Below, piece after piece: positions 1 to 7,906 of a stretch of DNA of 14,912 bases. Origin of the DNA: Abditibacteriaceae bacterium (GTDB taxonomy: Bacteria; Armatimonadota; Abditibacteriia; Abditibacteriales; Abditibacteriaceae). The position numbers and the translations under genes were made by a program. The stretch is from contig JANMKN010000101.1 of the NCBI GenBank assembly GCA_031372065.1, forward strand, positions 1 to 14,912. The letters run 5' to 3'. Numbering within the stretch: position 1 is the stretch's first letter; every line of letters begins with the position of its first letter. The notes below the pieces were generated by a model. It was not told the origin of the DNA. It worked only from the letters and a program-made list of their open reading frames with translations, and did not search any database.

Positions 1-1
1 C

Positions 2-532
2 GGCAAATTTTACACGGATAAAGTGTTTTTCACTTCGCTCAGGCTGCGCGATGCTGTCGAAGTTTTAAATGAAGGCTTGCCGGTGATTGATCCGAATGCG
101 CCGCCGCCTGTGGTGGAACACAAAATCGGCAAAAACGGCAAGGAAATCATCGTTCCCGTCGCTAAATTGCTGAATTTGGCTGATATTGCGGCTGATCCGA
201 ATCAAGAGGTTTATCGGATTTCGATGCGCGTTTGGCTGGCGCCGTTCGACATGGGCGTTTCGCAAGATGCCGACATCATTTTGCTGCCGTCGCCGGAGCC
301 GGGACTTTACGAATTGCAATTGCGTTTGTGGCGTCAGAGCGGCGAAATCGCGGCTTGGCAGCGTGTGAATCGCGGCTTTTTGGGCGATTTGCGCAAGCAA
401 TTGTTGCTGTGGCGCACGATTCCGCGCGAAGTGCAGCAAGAATACATTTTGCGCGGGCGCGCTCATCTGCGCGGCCAAAATGTGCCGTCCGAGGAGCCGG
501 GCGCGTTAGTGGGAAGCGGCGTAGGCAGCTAA
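2..532 (+). CDS. 5'-truncated CDS; C-terminus of a protein resembling the large FtsX-like permease / M28 peptidase-domain proteins encoded next to OPT-like transporters
   Basis: Frame +2 is open from base 2 (GKFYTDKVFFTSL...) to TAA at 530-532, so GTG 23 is probably not the true start. The motifs VWLAPFDMGVSQ and SGE..AW.RVNR.FL.DLRKQLLLWR match, from memory, the C-terminal tail of that family. The product call is recall, not a search result. Confidence 0.55.
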   Translation, partial: GKFYTDKVFFTSLRLRDAVEVLNEGLPVIDPNAPPPVVEHKIGKNGKEIIVPVAKLLNLADIAADPNQEVYRISMRVWLAPFDMGVSQDADIILLPSPEPGLYELQLRLWRQSGEIAAWQRVNRGFLGDLRKQLLLWRTIPREVQQEYILRGRAHLRGQNVPSEEPGALVGSGVGS

Positions 533-544
533 AAGCGGCAATTT

Positions 545-754
545 TTGCCGAAAAGTGAACTCAATCTGCGGCAAAATGAGCTCATATTCTCGCAAAATGA
601 ACTCATTTTGCGAGAATATGAACTCATTTTTCGGCAAAGTGGACTCATTTTTCGAAAATATGAGTCCATTTTTCGGCAGATTGAGTTCATTCTGCGGCAA
701 AATGAACTCATTTTTCGGCAGATTGAGTTCACTTTTCGGCAGAATAGATGCCTC
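545..754. repeat. 21-bp degenerate tandem array (~9.5 units) of self-complementary units; the whole array is an imperfect palindrome with perfect 24-bp terminal inverted repeats
   Basis: Units start at 545, 566, 587, 608, 629, 650, 671, 692, 713 and 734 (partial); consensus approximately TTTCGGCAAAATGAACTCATT. TGCCGAAAAGTGAACTCAATCTGC at 546-569 is the exact reverse complement of 718-741. Confidence 0.95.
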
Positions 755-800
755 TGATCTTTTGGGAGATTTGAAGAAAACGTAGGAAACAAGGACAAGC

Positions 801-2861
801 ATGGCTAACAACTCGCCATTTGAAGTCAATTCGGACACCAAAGTCGAAGAAAAACCGGCTGGGCCACTCAATGTTGACCCGTCGCTCGGCGGCTCGCCTG
901 CGGATGATGTCACCGACGGCGACAACGAAGAATATATTGATGGTTTCAGTTGGAAAACGGTAATCGGCGCGCTGTTTATCGGCCTCATTATGATGCCGGG
1001 CGCGATTTACCTCAGCCTGATTGCCGGTCAGGGCATGGGGCCGGCGGCGGAATGGGTGACGATTATCCTATTCATGGAAGTCGCGCGCCGCTCTTATCAA
1101 ACCATGAAGCAGCAGGAAATTTACCTGCTTTATTACATCGGTGCGGGCCTGACTTCACAGGTGGGCGCTTTGGCCTTGACCGGCGGTGCCTTTGCCACGC
1201 TGATTATGACGCAATATGTTGTCAACTCGCCTGTGGCGCAGGCGCTTGGCATCACGCACGAAATTCCGCGCTGGGTGGCGCCCTCGCCCGATTCAGAAGC
1301 CCTTTCTTTGCGCACTTTCATGCACAAAGACTGGATTTTGCCGATTGGCCTTTTGATGTTCGGCCAGGTTTTTGGGCGTATGCAAGCGTGGGGCTTGGGT
1401 TATGTGATGTTTCGCATCACGTCCGACATCGAACGCTTGCCGTTTCCCCTCGCGCCGATTGCCGCAGCGGGCGCCACGGCTTTAGCCGAAAGTTCGGCGC
1501 AAAAAGAAGGCTGGCGCTGGCGTCTTTTCTCAATTGGCGCCATGATTGGCGTCGGTTGGGGCGCGGTTTACATTTTGTTGCCTGCCGTAACCGGTCTGAT
1601 TTTCTCGCAGCCGATTGTTATCGTCACCAATCCATTTATTGACCTGACGCAGAACACGCAAAAGATTCTACCGGCGGCGCAAACCGGCCTTGGCACCGAC
1701 ATCGGGCAAATCATGGTCGGCTTCGTGTTGCCTTTTCAAATCGTCGTGGGCACATTTTTCGCGGCACTTGCCTCCAAGGTCATCGCGCCGCCGATTCTTT
1801 ATAACAATCACATTTTGCACACTTGGACGCCGGGCATTGACCTCATTCAAACCGGCATCGTGAACGATGTGGACTTTTGGATTTCCTTCCATATCGGCAC
1901 AGCGCTCGTCGTGGCGATTGTCGGCATTGGCAGTGTAATTCGCGCCTTAGCCAAAGTCCGCGCAGACAAAGCATCGGGCACGGCTTCGGCGGCCCGCACC
2001 TCGCCGCCGCCGGGACGCGGCGATATTCCCATTTGGATTTCTCTGTCAATTTGGGCCATTGGCACAGCAGCGTTTATTTGGATGTGCCACCAGTTAGTCC
2101 CTTCTTTCCCGGTGGGAATTTTGATCTTCTTCGGCTTTGTCTGGACGCCGATTTTCTCCTACATCAACGCCCGTATGTCGGGCATGGCGGGCACCAGCGT
2201 TTCGATTCCTTATGTCCGCGAAGCCTCCTTTATGATGGCGGGCGAGCGCAGCGTTGCCATTTGGTTCGCGCCGATTCCGCTGGGTGATTTCGGCGGCATG
2301 GCGCAGCATTTCCGCACCGTTGAACTAACAAAAACCAAGTTCATCTCGATTGTCAAAGTGGAACTTTTAATGTTGCCGATTATGCTGATTTGCTCGTTTG
2401 TGTTTTGGAGTTTCATTTGGAAACTGGCACCGATTCCCTCGGCGGTTTATCCTTACGCGTCCAAATTCTGGCCCGCACACGCCCAAGTGGATGCTTTGTG
2501 GAAAACGGCCAACCGCGACCCAGAAACGAATTTCCTTTTGCAATCCATCAAACCTGCTTACATTGAAGCTGGCGCGGGCATCGCCGCGTTGACTTATGCG
2601 ATTGTTTCATTTTCGGGTGCGTCAATTTTATTTTTCTATGGATTGATTAACGGCACACACGCGCAGCCTTCGTTTGCGATACCGATGTTCATCGGCGCCT
2701 TGCTCGGCAAGTATTATTTCTCGCGGCGCTACGGCGTCGAAAACTGGCGTGCTTTTGCACCGGTTTTAGTGGCGGGCTATTATTGCGGTATGGGCCTCAT
2801 CGGCATGGCGGCGGTGGCATTGGCGCTACTTTCCAAAAGCGTGTCACGCTTGCCGTTTTAG
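801..2861 (+). CDS. OPT/YSL-like oligopeptide transporter family polytopic membrane protein (686 aa)
   Basis: Long ORF with many hydrophobic segments, and a purine-rich RBS-like stretch (AGGAAACAAGGAC) before ATG 801. Motifs AAEWVTIILF.EVARR, DIERLPFPLAP and the C-terminal W..FAPVLVAGYYCGMGL are recalled from OPT-like 'peptide transporter' proteins. Confidence 0.75.
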   Translation: MANNSPFEVNSDTKVEEKPAGPLNVDPSLGGSPADDVTDGDNEEYIDGFSWKTVIGALFIGLIMMPGAIYLSLIAGQGMGPAAEWVTIILFMEVARRSYQTMKQQEIYLLYYIGAGLTSQVGALALTGGAFATLIMTQYVVNSPVAQALGITHEIPRWVAPSPDSEALSLRTFMHKDWILPIGLLMFGQVFGRMQAWGLGYVMFRITSDIERLPFPLAPIAAAGATALAESSAQKEGWRWRLFSIGAMIGVGWGAVYILLPAVTGLIFSQPIVIVTNPFIDLTQNTQKILPAAQTGLGTDIGQIMVGFVLPFQIVVGTFFAALASKVIAPPILYNNHILHTWTPGIDLIQTGIVNDVDFWISFHIGTALVVAIVGIGSVIRALAKVRADKASGTASAARTSPPPGRGDIPIWISLSIWAIGTAAFIWMCHQLVPSFPVGILIFFGFVWTPIFSYINARMSGMAGTSVSIPYVREASFMMAGERSVAIWFAPIPLGDFGGMAQHFRTVELTKTKFISIVKVELLMLPIMLICSFVFWSFIWKLAPIPSAVYPYASKFWPAHAQVDALWKTANRDPETNFLLQSIKPAYIEAGAGIAALTYAIVSFSGASILFFYGLINGTHAQPSFAIPMFIGALLGKYYFSRRYGVENWRAFAPVLVAGYYCGMGLIGMAAVALALLSKSVSRLPF

Positions 2862-2920
2862 CGCGTCGGCAATTTCGCGGGAACGCCTAAGCCGCAAAAT
2901 TGGTATAAGTAGAAGAACAT

Positions 2921-2952
2921 CGCGCTCGGCCCCAAAGCCGGGCGCGGTTTTT
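2921..2952 (+). terminator. Intrinsic terminator-like hairpin after the transporter gene
   Basis: CGCGCTCGGC-CCCAAA-GCCGGGCGCG (10-bp stem with one G.U pair) followed by GTTTTT. Confidence 0.65.
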
Positions 2953-2958
2953 CGTGTT

Positions 2959-2979
2959 ATCGTTTACACTTTAAACGAT
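2959..2979. promoter_or_regulatory. Candidate operator: 8-bp inverted repeat overlapping a -10-like hexamer upstream of mnmA
   Basis: ATCGTTTA-CACTT-TAAACGAT, with TACACT at 2965-2970. Confidence 0.35.
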
Positions 2980-3001
2980 TCGATGTGGACGTGAAGCAAT
3001 C

Positions 3002-4084
3002 ATGAGCAGGCGAGTTTTATGCGCCATGAGCGGCGGGGTAGATTCCAGCGTCGCGGCGGCCCTTTTAGTGGAACAAGGTTACGAAGTCATCGGCGTCACC
3101 ATGAAATTATGGAAAGGCGAAGATGATCCTTTTGCAGCGCATCGCTTTGGCGGTTGCTGCACCCTTGGCTCATCCGAAGATGCGCGCCGCGTCAGCGACC
3201 AATTGAACCTGCCTTACTACGTTTTGAACTTGCAGGAAGAATTTCATCAAGCCGTGGTAGACGATTTTGTCGCCGAATACGCGCGGGGCCGCACGCCCAA
3301 TCCGTGCGCGCGATGCAACGAATTTATCAAGTTCAAATCGTTTTTAGAGCGCGCCGATGAACTCGACTGCGACTTCATCGCGACAGGTCACTACGCGCAG
3401 ATTGAACACATTAGCGACGCGCGCGGCGAACGCTACGCCTTGCGGCGCGGCACCGACCACAAAAAAGACCAAAGCTATGTTTTGGGAATGTTGACGCAGC
3501 GCGAACTTTCGCGCACGCTTTTACCGATTGGTCACATGGAAAAAAGCGAAACGCGCCAGCGCGCCGCCGAACTTGGTTTTTGCGTGGCGGCCAAGCCGGA
3601 CAGTCAGGAAATTTGCTTCGTCGAAGACGGCGATTACGCGCGTTTTGTCATCGAACGCGCGCCACAAATGGCCGAAATCGGCCCGATTTACGACGAAAGC
3701 GGCCAAAAACTCGGCGAACACGCCGGTTTAGCACGCTATACAGTTGGACAGCGCAAAGGTTTGGGTCTCAGCGCGCCCATGCCGCTTTTCGTGACGAAAA
3801 TTGACGCGGGGCAAAACGCGCTCGTCGTTGGCCCGCGCGAAGAATTAGATCAAAATGGCCTGAGCGCCGAAAAAGCGCGCTGGACATTTGATGTGCCCCC
3901 CATTGGCATGGAAATTTGGGCGCAAACGCGTTCACACGCGCGTCCGTGGCCCGCAACGCTGGAAAATGCGGGCGAAACTGAATTTTCGGTGCGTTTCCAC
4001 GAAGCACAAGCCGGTGTCACGCCCGGCCAAATGTGCGTGCTTTACGACGGCGACGAAGTTTTAGGAGCAGGAACAATTCAGTAG
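3002..4084 (+). CDS. mnmA: tRNA 2-thiouridine(34) synthase MnmA
   Basis: PP-loop AMSGGVDSSVAA, GRTPNPCARCN, IATGHYA, KDQSY, KPDSQEICF, YTVGQRKGLG, TPGQ..VLY. Confidence 0.97.
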   Translation: MSRRVLCAMSGGVDSSVAAALLVEQGYEVIGVTMKLWKGEDDPFAAHRFGGCCTLGSSEDARRVSDQLNLPYYVLNLQEEFHQAVVDDFVAEYARGRTPNPCARCNEFIKFKSFLERADELDCDFIATGHYAQIEHISDARGERYALRRGTDHKKDQSYVLGMLTQRELSRTLLPIGHMEKSETRQRAAELGFCVAAKPDSQEICFVEDGDYARFVIERAPQMAEIGPIYDESGQKLGEHAGLARYTVGQRKGLGLSAPMPLFVTKIDAGQNALVVGPREELDQNGLSAEKARWTFDVPPIGMEIWAQTRSHARPWPATLENAGETEFSVRFHEAQAGVTPGQMCVLYDGDEVLGAGTIQ

Positions 4085-4152
4085 TCGGTGGTCAGTGAGT
4101 GGTGATCAGATTTTGGCCACTAACCACTGACCAACGACCACTGACCACTGGT
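4082..4152. repeat. STRR-like 7-bp tandem repeats arranged as an inverted pair (hairpin) between mnmA and hrcA
   Basis: Left arm TAGTCGG TGGTCAG TGAGTGG TGATCAG; right arm CACTAAC CACTGAC CAACGAC CACTGAC CACTGGT. TGGTCAGTG is the reverse complement of CACTGACCA. Confidence 0.85.
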
Positions 4153-5244
4153 ATGCAATTGCGTTCACGACAGAAATTGATTTTGGCGGCGGTCATCGAA
4201 CGCTATGTGGCGGGCGCGGAGCCGGTTGGCTCGTCGGCGCTGGCGAAAGACCAACACTTCGCCGCGCAAGTCGGGCAACTGTCGTCGGCCACCATTCGCA
4301 ATGAACTGGCGGAACTCGAAGATTTGGGTTTGCTGCGTCACCCTCACACCTCGGCGGGCCGCGTGCCAACCGATGCGGGTTACCGCATTTATGTGGACGA
4401 AATGCTGCGTCCGCGCCCGCTTCCGCCTACCGAAAGGGCACAATTGGATGCGTGGATTTCGGCGCCGCCTGCGTCACTGGAAGACACCTTGCGTGAAGCA
4501 ACTGTAGCTCTGGCGCGTTTGACGGGCTATCCGGCAGTGGCGAGTTTGCCCGCCGCACGGCGCGACACGATGCGACAAGTGCAAATCAATCCCGTGCCAG
4601 CGTCTCGTCCGGGAGGCGCCCGCTTAATTCTGGTGTTGGTGACGGGCGCCGGACGCATTGATCATCGTATGTTTGAAGTCGAAAGCGATGTGCCGGTGGG
4701 CCGTCTGAACACAGTAGTTAATTTTCTCAACGACCAATTAGGTGGGCATTCGTTGGGTGCCATTCGCGCCTTGCAATTTGAAGCGGTTTCGGCAGGTTTG
4801 CACGACGCCGAAACGCTAAATTTAGCGCGGCGCGCGTGGGAATTGGTGCGCCAATCCATCGTTGACGCAGGCGATGAAAAAATCGTCGTGCAGGGCTTGA
4901 TAACGCTGCTGAATGAGCCGGAATTTTCCGACATCGGCCATGCGCGTTCGGCCATGCAATTATTCGATGATCAGGACGTGATGAGCGATTTGCTGCGCGC
5001 CTCGGTGCCAACCGATAGCATGGCGCTGCCGACAACAAGCACAGTTGTCATTGGTCACGAGTTGCCTTATGCCAACCATCCGGCCATTGAGAGATTTTCA
5101 TTAGTCGGCGTGGCCTATGGCGCGGGGGGCGAAGTGCTGGGCACGGTGGGTGTAATGGGGCCAACGCGCATGAAATATGCGGACGCGGTTTCGATTATGC
5201 CCGCGTTGGCCGCGCGCTTGCGCCATTGTTTGGAGACACTTTAA
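4153..5244 (+). CDS. hrcA: Heat-inducible transcription repressor HrcA
   Basis: RQKLILAAVIERY..AEPVGS, SSATIRNELAELEDLG, PHTSAGRVPTDAGYR.YVD, EPEF, GTVGVMGPTRMKY. Start is placed at ATG 4153 because the upstream extension from GTG 4099 is translated heptamer repeat. Confidence 0.96.
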   Translation: MQLRSRQKLILAAVIERYVAGAEPVGSSALAKDQHFAAQVGQLSSATIRNELAELEDLGLLRHPHTSAGRVPTDAGYRIYVDEMLRPRPLPPTERAQLDAWISAPPASLEDTLREATVALARLTGYPAVASLPAARRDTMRQVQINPVPASRPGGARLILVLVTGAGRIDHRMFEVESDVPVGRLNTVVNFLNDQLGGHSLGAIRALQFEAVSAGLHDAETLNLARRAWELVRQSIVDAGDEKIVVQGLITLLNEPEFSDIGHARSAMQLFDDQDVMSDLLRASVPTDSMALPTTSTVVIGHELPYANHPAIERFSLVGVAYGAGGEVLGTVGVMGPTRMKYADAVSIMPALAARLRHCLETL

Positions 5245-5263
5245 AATTTAAGGAGCGATTTTT

Positions 5264-5794
5264 ATGCGCATTTCCATTTTGAATAACGAAAAAACCGAGG
5301 GCATCGAAAACGAGGCATCGAACGGAGCCGAGGAAGCGGAAGTTTCCCAAGACGCCGCCAGTGAATTGGAAGCGGAATTAGCCGAAACCAAAGCGGCCTT
5401 GGTGCAACTGGCCGCCGATTTTGAAAATTATAAGCGTCAGGCAACGCGACGCGAAAGCGAAACGCGTGATCGCGCGGTGCGCAGTGTCGTTGAAGATTTA
5501 CTGCCGGTGTTGGACAACTTCGAGCGCGCCGTGGACGCCGCCAAAAATGCCACCGATATGGAATCGTTGCGCGTTGGTATCGGGTTTATTTTGCAGATGT
5601 TCCATGAAGCTCTGCGTAACAATGGCGTCACGCCCATTGAAGCTCAAGGCCAAAGTTTCGACCCCTTGCAGCACGAAGCCATTGAACAAATTGAGTCCGA
5701 GGCAGCCCCCGGCACCGTTGTCGAAGAAGCGCAGCGTGGCTACGCTTACAAAGGTCACGTTCTGCGCGCCAGCCGTGTCAAAGTAGCAGCATAA
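5264..5794 (+). CDS. grpE: Nucleotide exchange factor GrpE
   Basis: ADFENYKR, LLPVLDNFERA, FDPLQHEAI, GY...G.VLRASRVKVA; SD AAGGAG at 5250-5255. Confidence 0.96.
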   Translation: MRISILNNEKTEGIENEASNGAEEAEVSQDAASELEAELAETKAALVQLAADFENYKRQATRRESETRDRAVRSVVEDLLPVLDNFERAVDAAKNATDMESLRVGIGFILQMFHEALRNNGVTPIEAQGQSFDPLQHEAIEQIESEAAPGTVVEEAQRGYAYKGHVLRASRVKVAA

Positions 5795-5797
5795 GTT

Positions 5798-6955
5798 ATG
5801 AGTTCCACCACAATGCCGAGAGATTATTACGAAATTTTAGGTGTGTCGCGTTCAGCGAGCGCCGATGAAATCAAGCGCGCGTATCGCCGCTTGGCGCGCG
5901 AGCATCATCCCGATGTCAACCATGATCGCCGCGATGATGCCGAAGCCCAATTTAAGGAAATTGGCGAAGCCTATGCCGTTTTATCTGACCAAGACAAACG
6001 CGCCCGCTACGATCAATTTGGTCATGCTGGTGTGAACGGTAATGGCGGTGGCCCGGATATTGGCGCCAATTTGGGCGACATTTTCGAAGTCTTTTTCGGC
6101 GGTGGCATGGGCGGCGCGGCGAATAGCCGTCAACGAGAAACCACCCGTCAAGGCAATCATTTGCGCGCCAATGTGCAAATGACGCTCGAAGAAGCGTGGG
6201 CTGGAACCACGCGCGAACTGGAAATCGGCACGCTGCTCAAATGCGAAACCTGCAACGGCAATGGGGCCAAAGCAGGCTCACAAGTCAGCGAATGCAGCGG
6301 CTGTCAGGGCACGGGCCGCCAACGCACGGTGCAACGCACTTTTTTCGGCCAGTTTGTGCAGGAAGTGCCCTGTGCGCGCTGTGGCGGCAACGGAAAATAT
6401 GTCAGTGACCCGTGCCAGACTTGCGGCGGCGATGGCCGCGTGCGTGGCAAGCGCAAAGTGTCGGTTTCCATTCCGGCGGGCGTGGACGAAGGCACGCAAG
6501 TGCGCGTGCCCGGCAAAGGGGAAGATGGGCCGCAAGGCACACCGCCCGGCGATTTGTATTGTTTTATTTATCTGCGCGAACATGAGCAATTTCAGCGGCA
6601 TGGTAACGATGTCGTTTGTGTTTTGCCTATATCGTTTCCGCAAGCCTCTTTGGGCGACGAAGTGGAAGTGCCGACGCTGGAGTTGGACGAAACTGGGAAT
6701 CACAAAACAGTCAACGTCACCATTCCGGCGGGCACGCAAACTGATGAATTATTTCATGTCGCGGGCAAAGGCTTTCCAAACGGCTACGGCGCGCGAGGCG
6801 AGCAAATTTGCGTTGCCCGCGTCATGGTGCCGCGCCGCCTGAATGACCGCCAAAAAGAACTGCTGCGCGAATTCGCCGGAGAATCCGACGAGCAAGTCAT
6901 TGAACACCCGCGCGGTTTTCTGCATCGCCTCAAAGACGCCATTTTAGGCGATTAA
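5798..6955 (+). CDS. dnaJ: Molecular chaperone DnaJ (class A)
   Basis: J-domain DYYEILGV...HPD, a G/F region with DIF, four CxxCxGxG motifs (CETCNGNG, CSGCQGTG, CARCGGNG, CQTCGGDG) and C-terminal IPAG repeats. Alternative start is ATG 5813. Confidence 0.97.
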   Translation: MSSTTMPRDYYEILGVSRSASADEIKRAYRRLAREHHPDVNHDRRDDAEAQFKEIGEAYAVLSDQDKRARYDQFGHAGVNGNGGGPDIGANLGDIFEVFFGGGMGGAANSRQRETTRQGNHLRANVQMTLEEAWAGTTRELEIGTLLKCETCNGNGAKAGSQVSECSGCQGTGRQRTVQRTFFGQFVQEVPCARCGGNGKYVSDPCQTCGGDGRVRGKRKVSVSIPAGVDEGTQVRVPGKGEDGPQGTPPGDLYCFIYLREHEQFQRHGNDVVCVLPISFPQASLGDEVEVPTLELDETGNHKTVNVTIPAGTQTDELFHVAGKGFPNGYGARGEQICVARVMVPRRLNDRQKELLREFAGESDEQVIEHPRGFLHRLKDAILGD

Positions 6956-6979
6956 CTCGCAGCAGATAAAGTTGCAGAC

Positions 6980-7029
6980 CAGTAAAAAGCGCCCGGCCCG
7001 AAAATTTTCGGGCCGGGCGCTTTTTACTG
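6980..7029. terminator. Bidirectional intrinsic terminator between convergent dnaJ and tatD; perfect 50-bp palindrome
   Basis: CAGTAAAAAGCGCCCGGCCCGAAAA|TTTTCGGGCCGGGCGCTTTTTACTG: GC-rich stem flanked by A5 and T5. Confidence 0.9.
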
Positions 7030-7045
7030 TTTTCGAAGGCAACAA

Positions 7046-7840
7046 TCACTGTAAACCAAACAATATTCGTGCGTTGTTTGTGGTAATGGCGCCGATTTCT
7101 TCGATAGATTTTTCGTGTAATTCAGCTATCATCGCCGCGACGCGTGGCAAATAGGACGGCTCGTTGGTTTTGCCGCGAAAGGGCACCGGCGCTAAATAAG
7201 GCGCATCGGTTTCGATGAGCAAACGGTCCAACGGGCACAACTTCGCCACATCGCGCACGCTTTGCGCGTTTTTGAAGGTTACAAGGCCGGTAAAACCCAA
7301 ATAAAATCCCAAATCCAAACCGCGCCGCGCGACTTCCAATGGCGAGCCGAAGCAGTGATAAACGCCGCGCAAACCGCGAAAATCGGCTACCACACGCGGC
7401 AAAACGTCGTCGGCCTCACGATTATGCAAAACCACAGGCAAATTCAAATCTATCGCTAATTGCAATTGCTGGCGTAGCACGCTTTCTTGCATCTCGCGCG
7501 ATGCGCCGGGATAAAGCGGATGCGTTTGGTCATAAACAAAGTCCAAGCCGATTTCTCCGATGGCACGCACGCGCGGACGCATCGCTAAAACGCTCAATTC
7601 GGCTAACGAATTGTCGTTCCACTGCAAAGCGTTTTGCGGGTGCACTCCCGCTGTGGCCCACGCCGAGAAATTTTGTGCTGCCGCGAATTCGGCTTGCTCA
7701 CAAGCGGCGCGCGAAGAAGAAAGCGTGTCGCCGATATTAAGAAAACCAGTCACTTGCACGGCGCGGGCACGCTGCAAAACACCCTCGAAATCGGCGCGCA
7801 GTTCGTCGCTGGTGAGATGACAATGAGAATCGAAGAACAT
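7046..7840 (-). CDS. tatD: TatD family metal-dependent DNase/hydrolase
   Basis: DSHCHL, GVHP, AIGEIGLDF, LPVVLHNREA, GVYHCF, LLIETDAPYLAP, TTNNARILF. Confidence 0.95.
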   Translation of the reverse strand: MFFDSHCHLTSDELRADFEGVLQRARAVQVTGFLNIGDTLSSSRAACEQAEFAAAQNFSAWATAGVHPQNALQWNDNSLAELSVLAMRPRVRAIGEIGLDFVYDQTHPLYPGASREMQESVLRQQLQLAIDLNLPVVLHNREADDVLPRVVADFRGLRGVYHCFGSPLEVARRGLDLGFYLGFTGLVTFKNAQSVRDVAKLCPLDRLLIETDAPYLAPVPFRGKTNEPSYLPRVAAMIAELHEKSIEEIGAITTNNARILFGLQ

Positions 7841-7860
7841 GAAGGCTTCTGTGCAAAACC

Positions 7861-7902
7861 AAAAAGCGAAATGAACCTGTTTTTCGGTTCATTTCGCTTT
7901 TT
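7861..7902 (-). terminator. Intrinsic terminator of tRNA-Leu (potentially bidirectional)
   Basis: AAAAAGCGAAATGAACC (7861-7877), 8-nt loop, GGTTCATTTCGCTTTTT (7886-7902); it begins 4 nt after the tRNA 3' end. Confidence 0.85.
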
Positions 7903-7906
7903 ATAC

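Noticed and set aside
506..988. ORFs over array 1 (545..757 +, 555..785 +, 529..798 -, 506..988 -) encoding heptad repeats
   Set aside because: Several frames on both strands are open because the 21-bp palindromic unit lacks stops in them. There is no RBS, and the longest overlaps real genes in antisense. A small peptide cannot be fully excluded.
3728..3754. TTAGCACGC inside mnmA as a CIRCE half-site
   Set aside because: No GAGTGCTAA-like right arm at 9-nt spacing, and it lies in coding sequence.
4099..4152. N-terminal extension of HrcA from GTG 4099
   Set aside because: It is translated heptamer repeat (PLTTDQRPLTT); HrcA similarity begins at ATG 4153.
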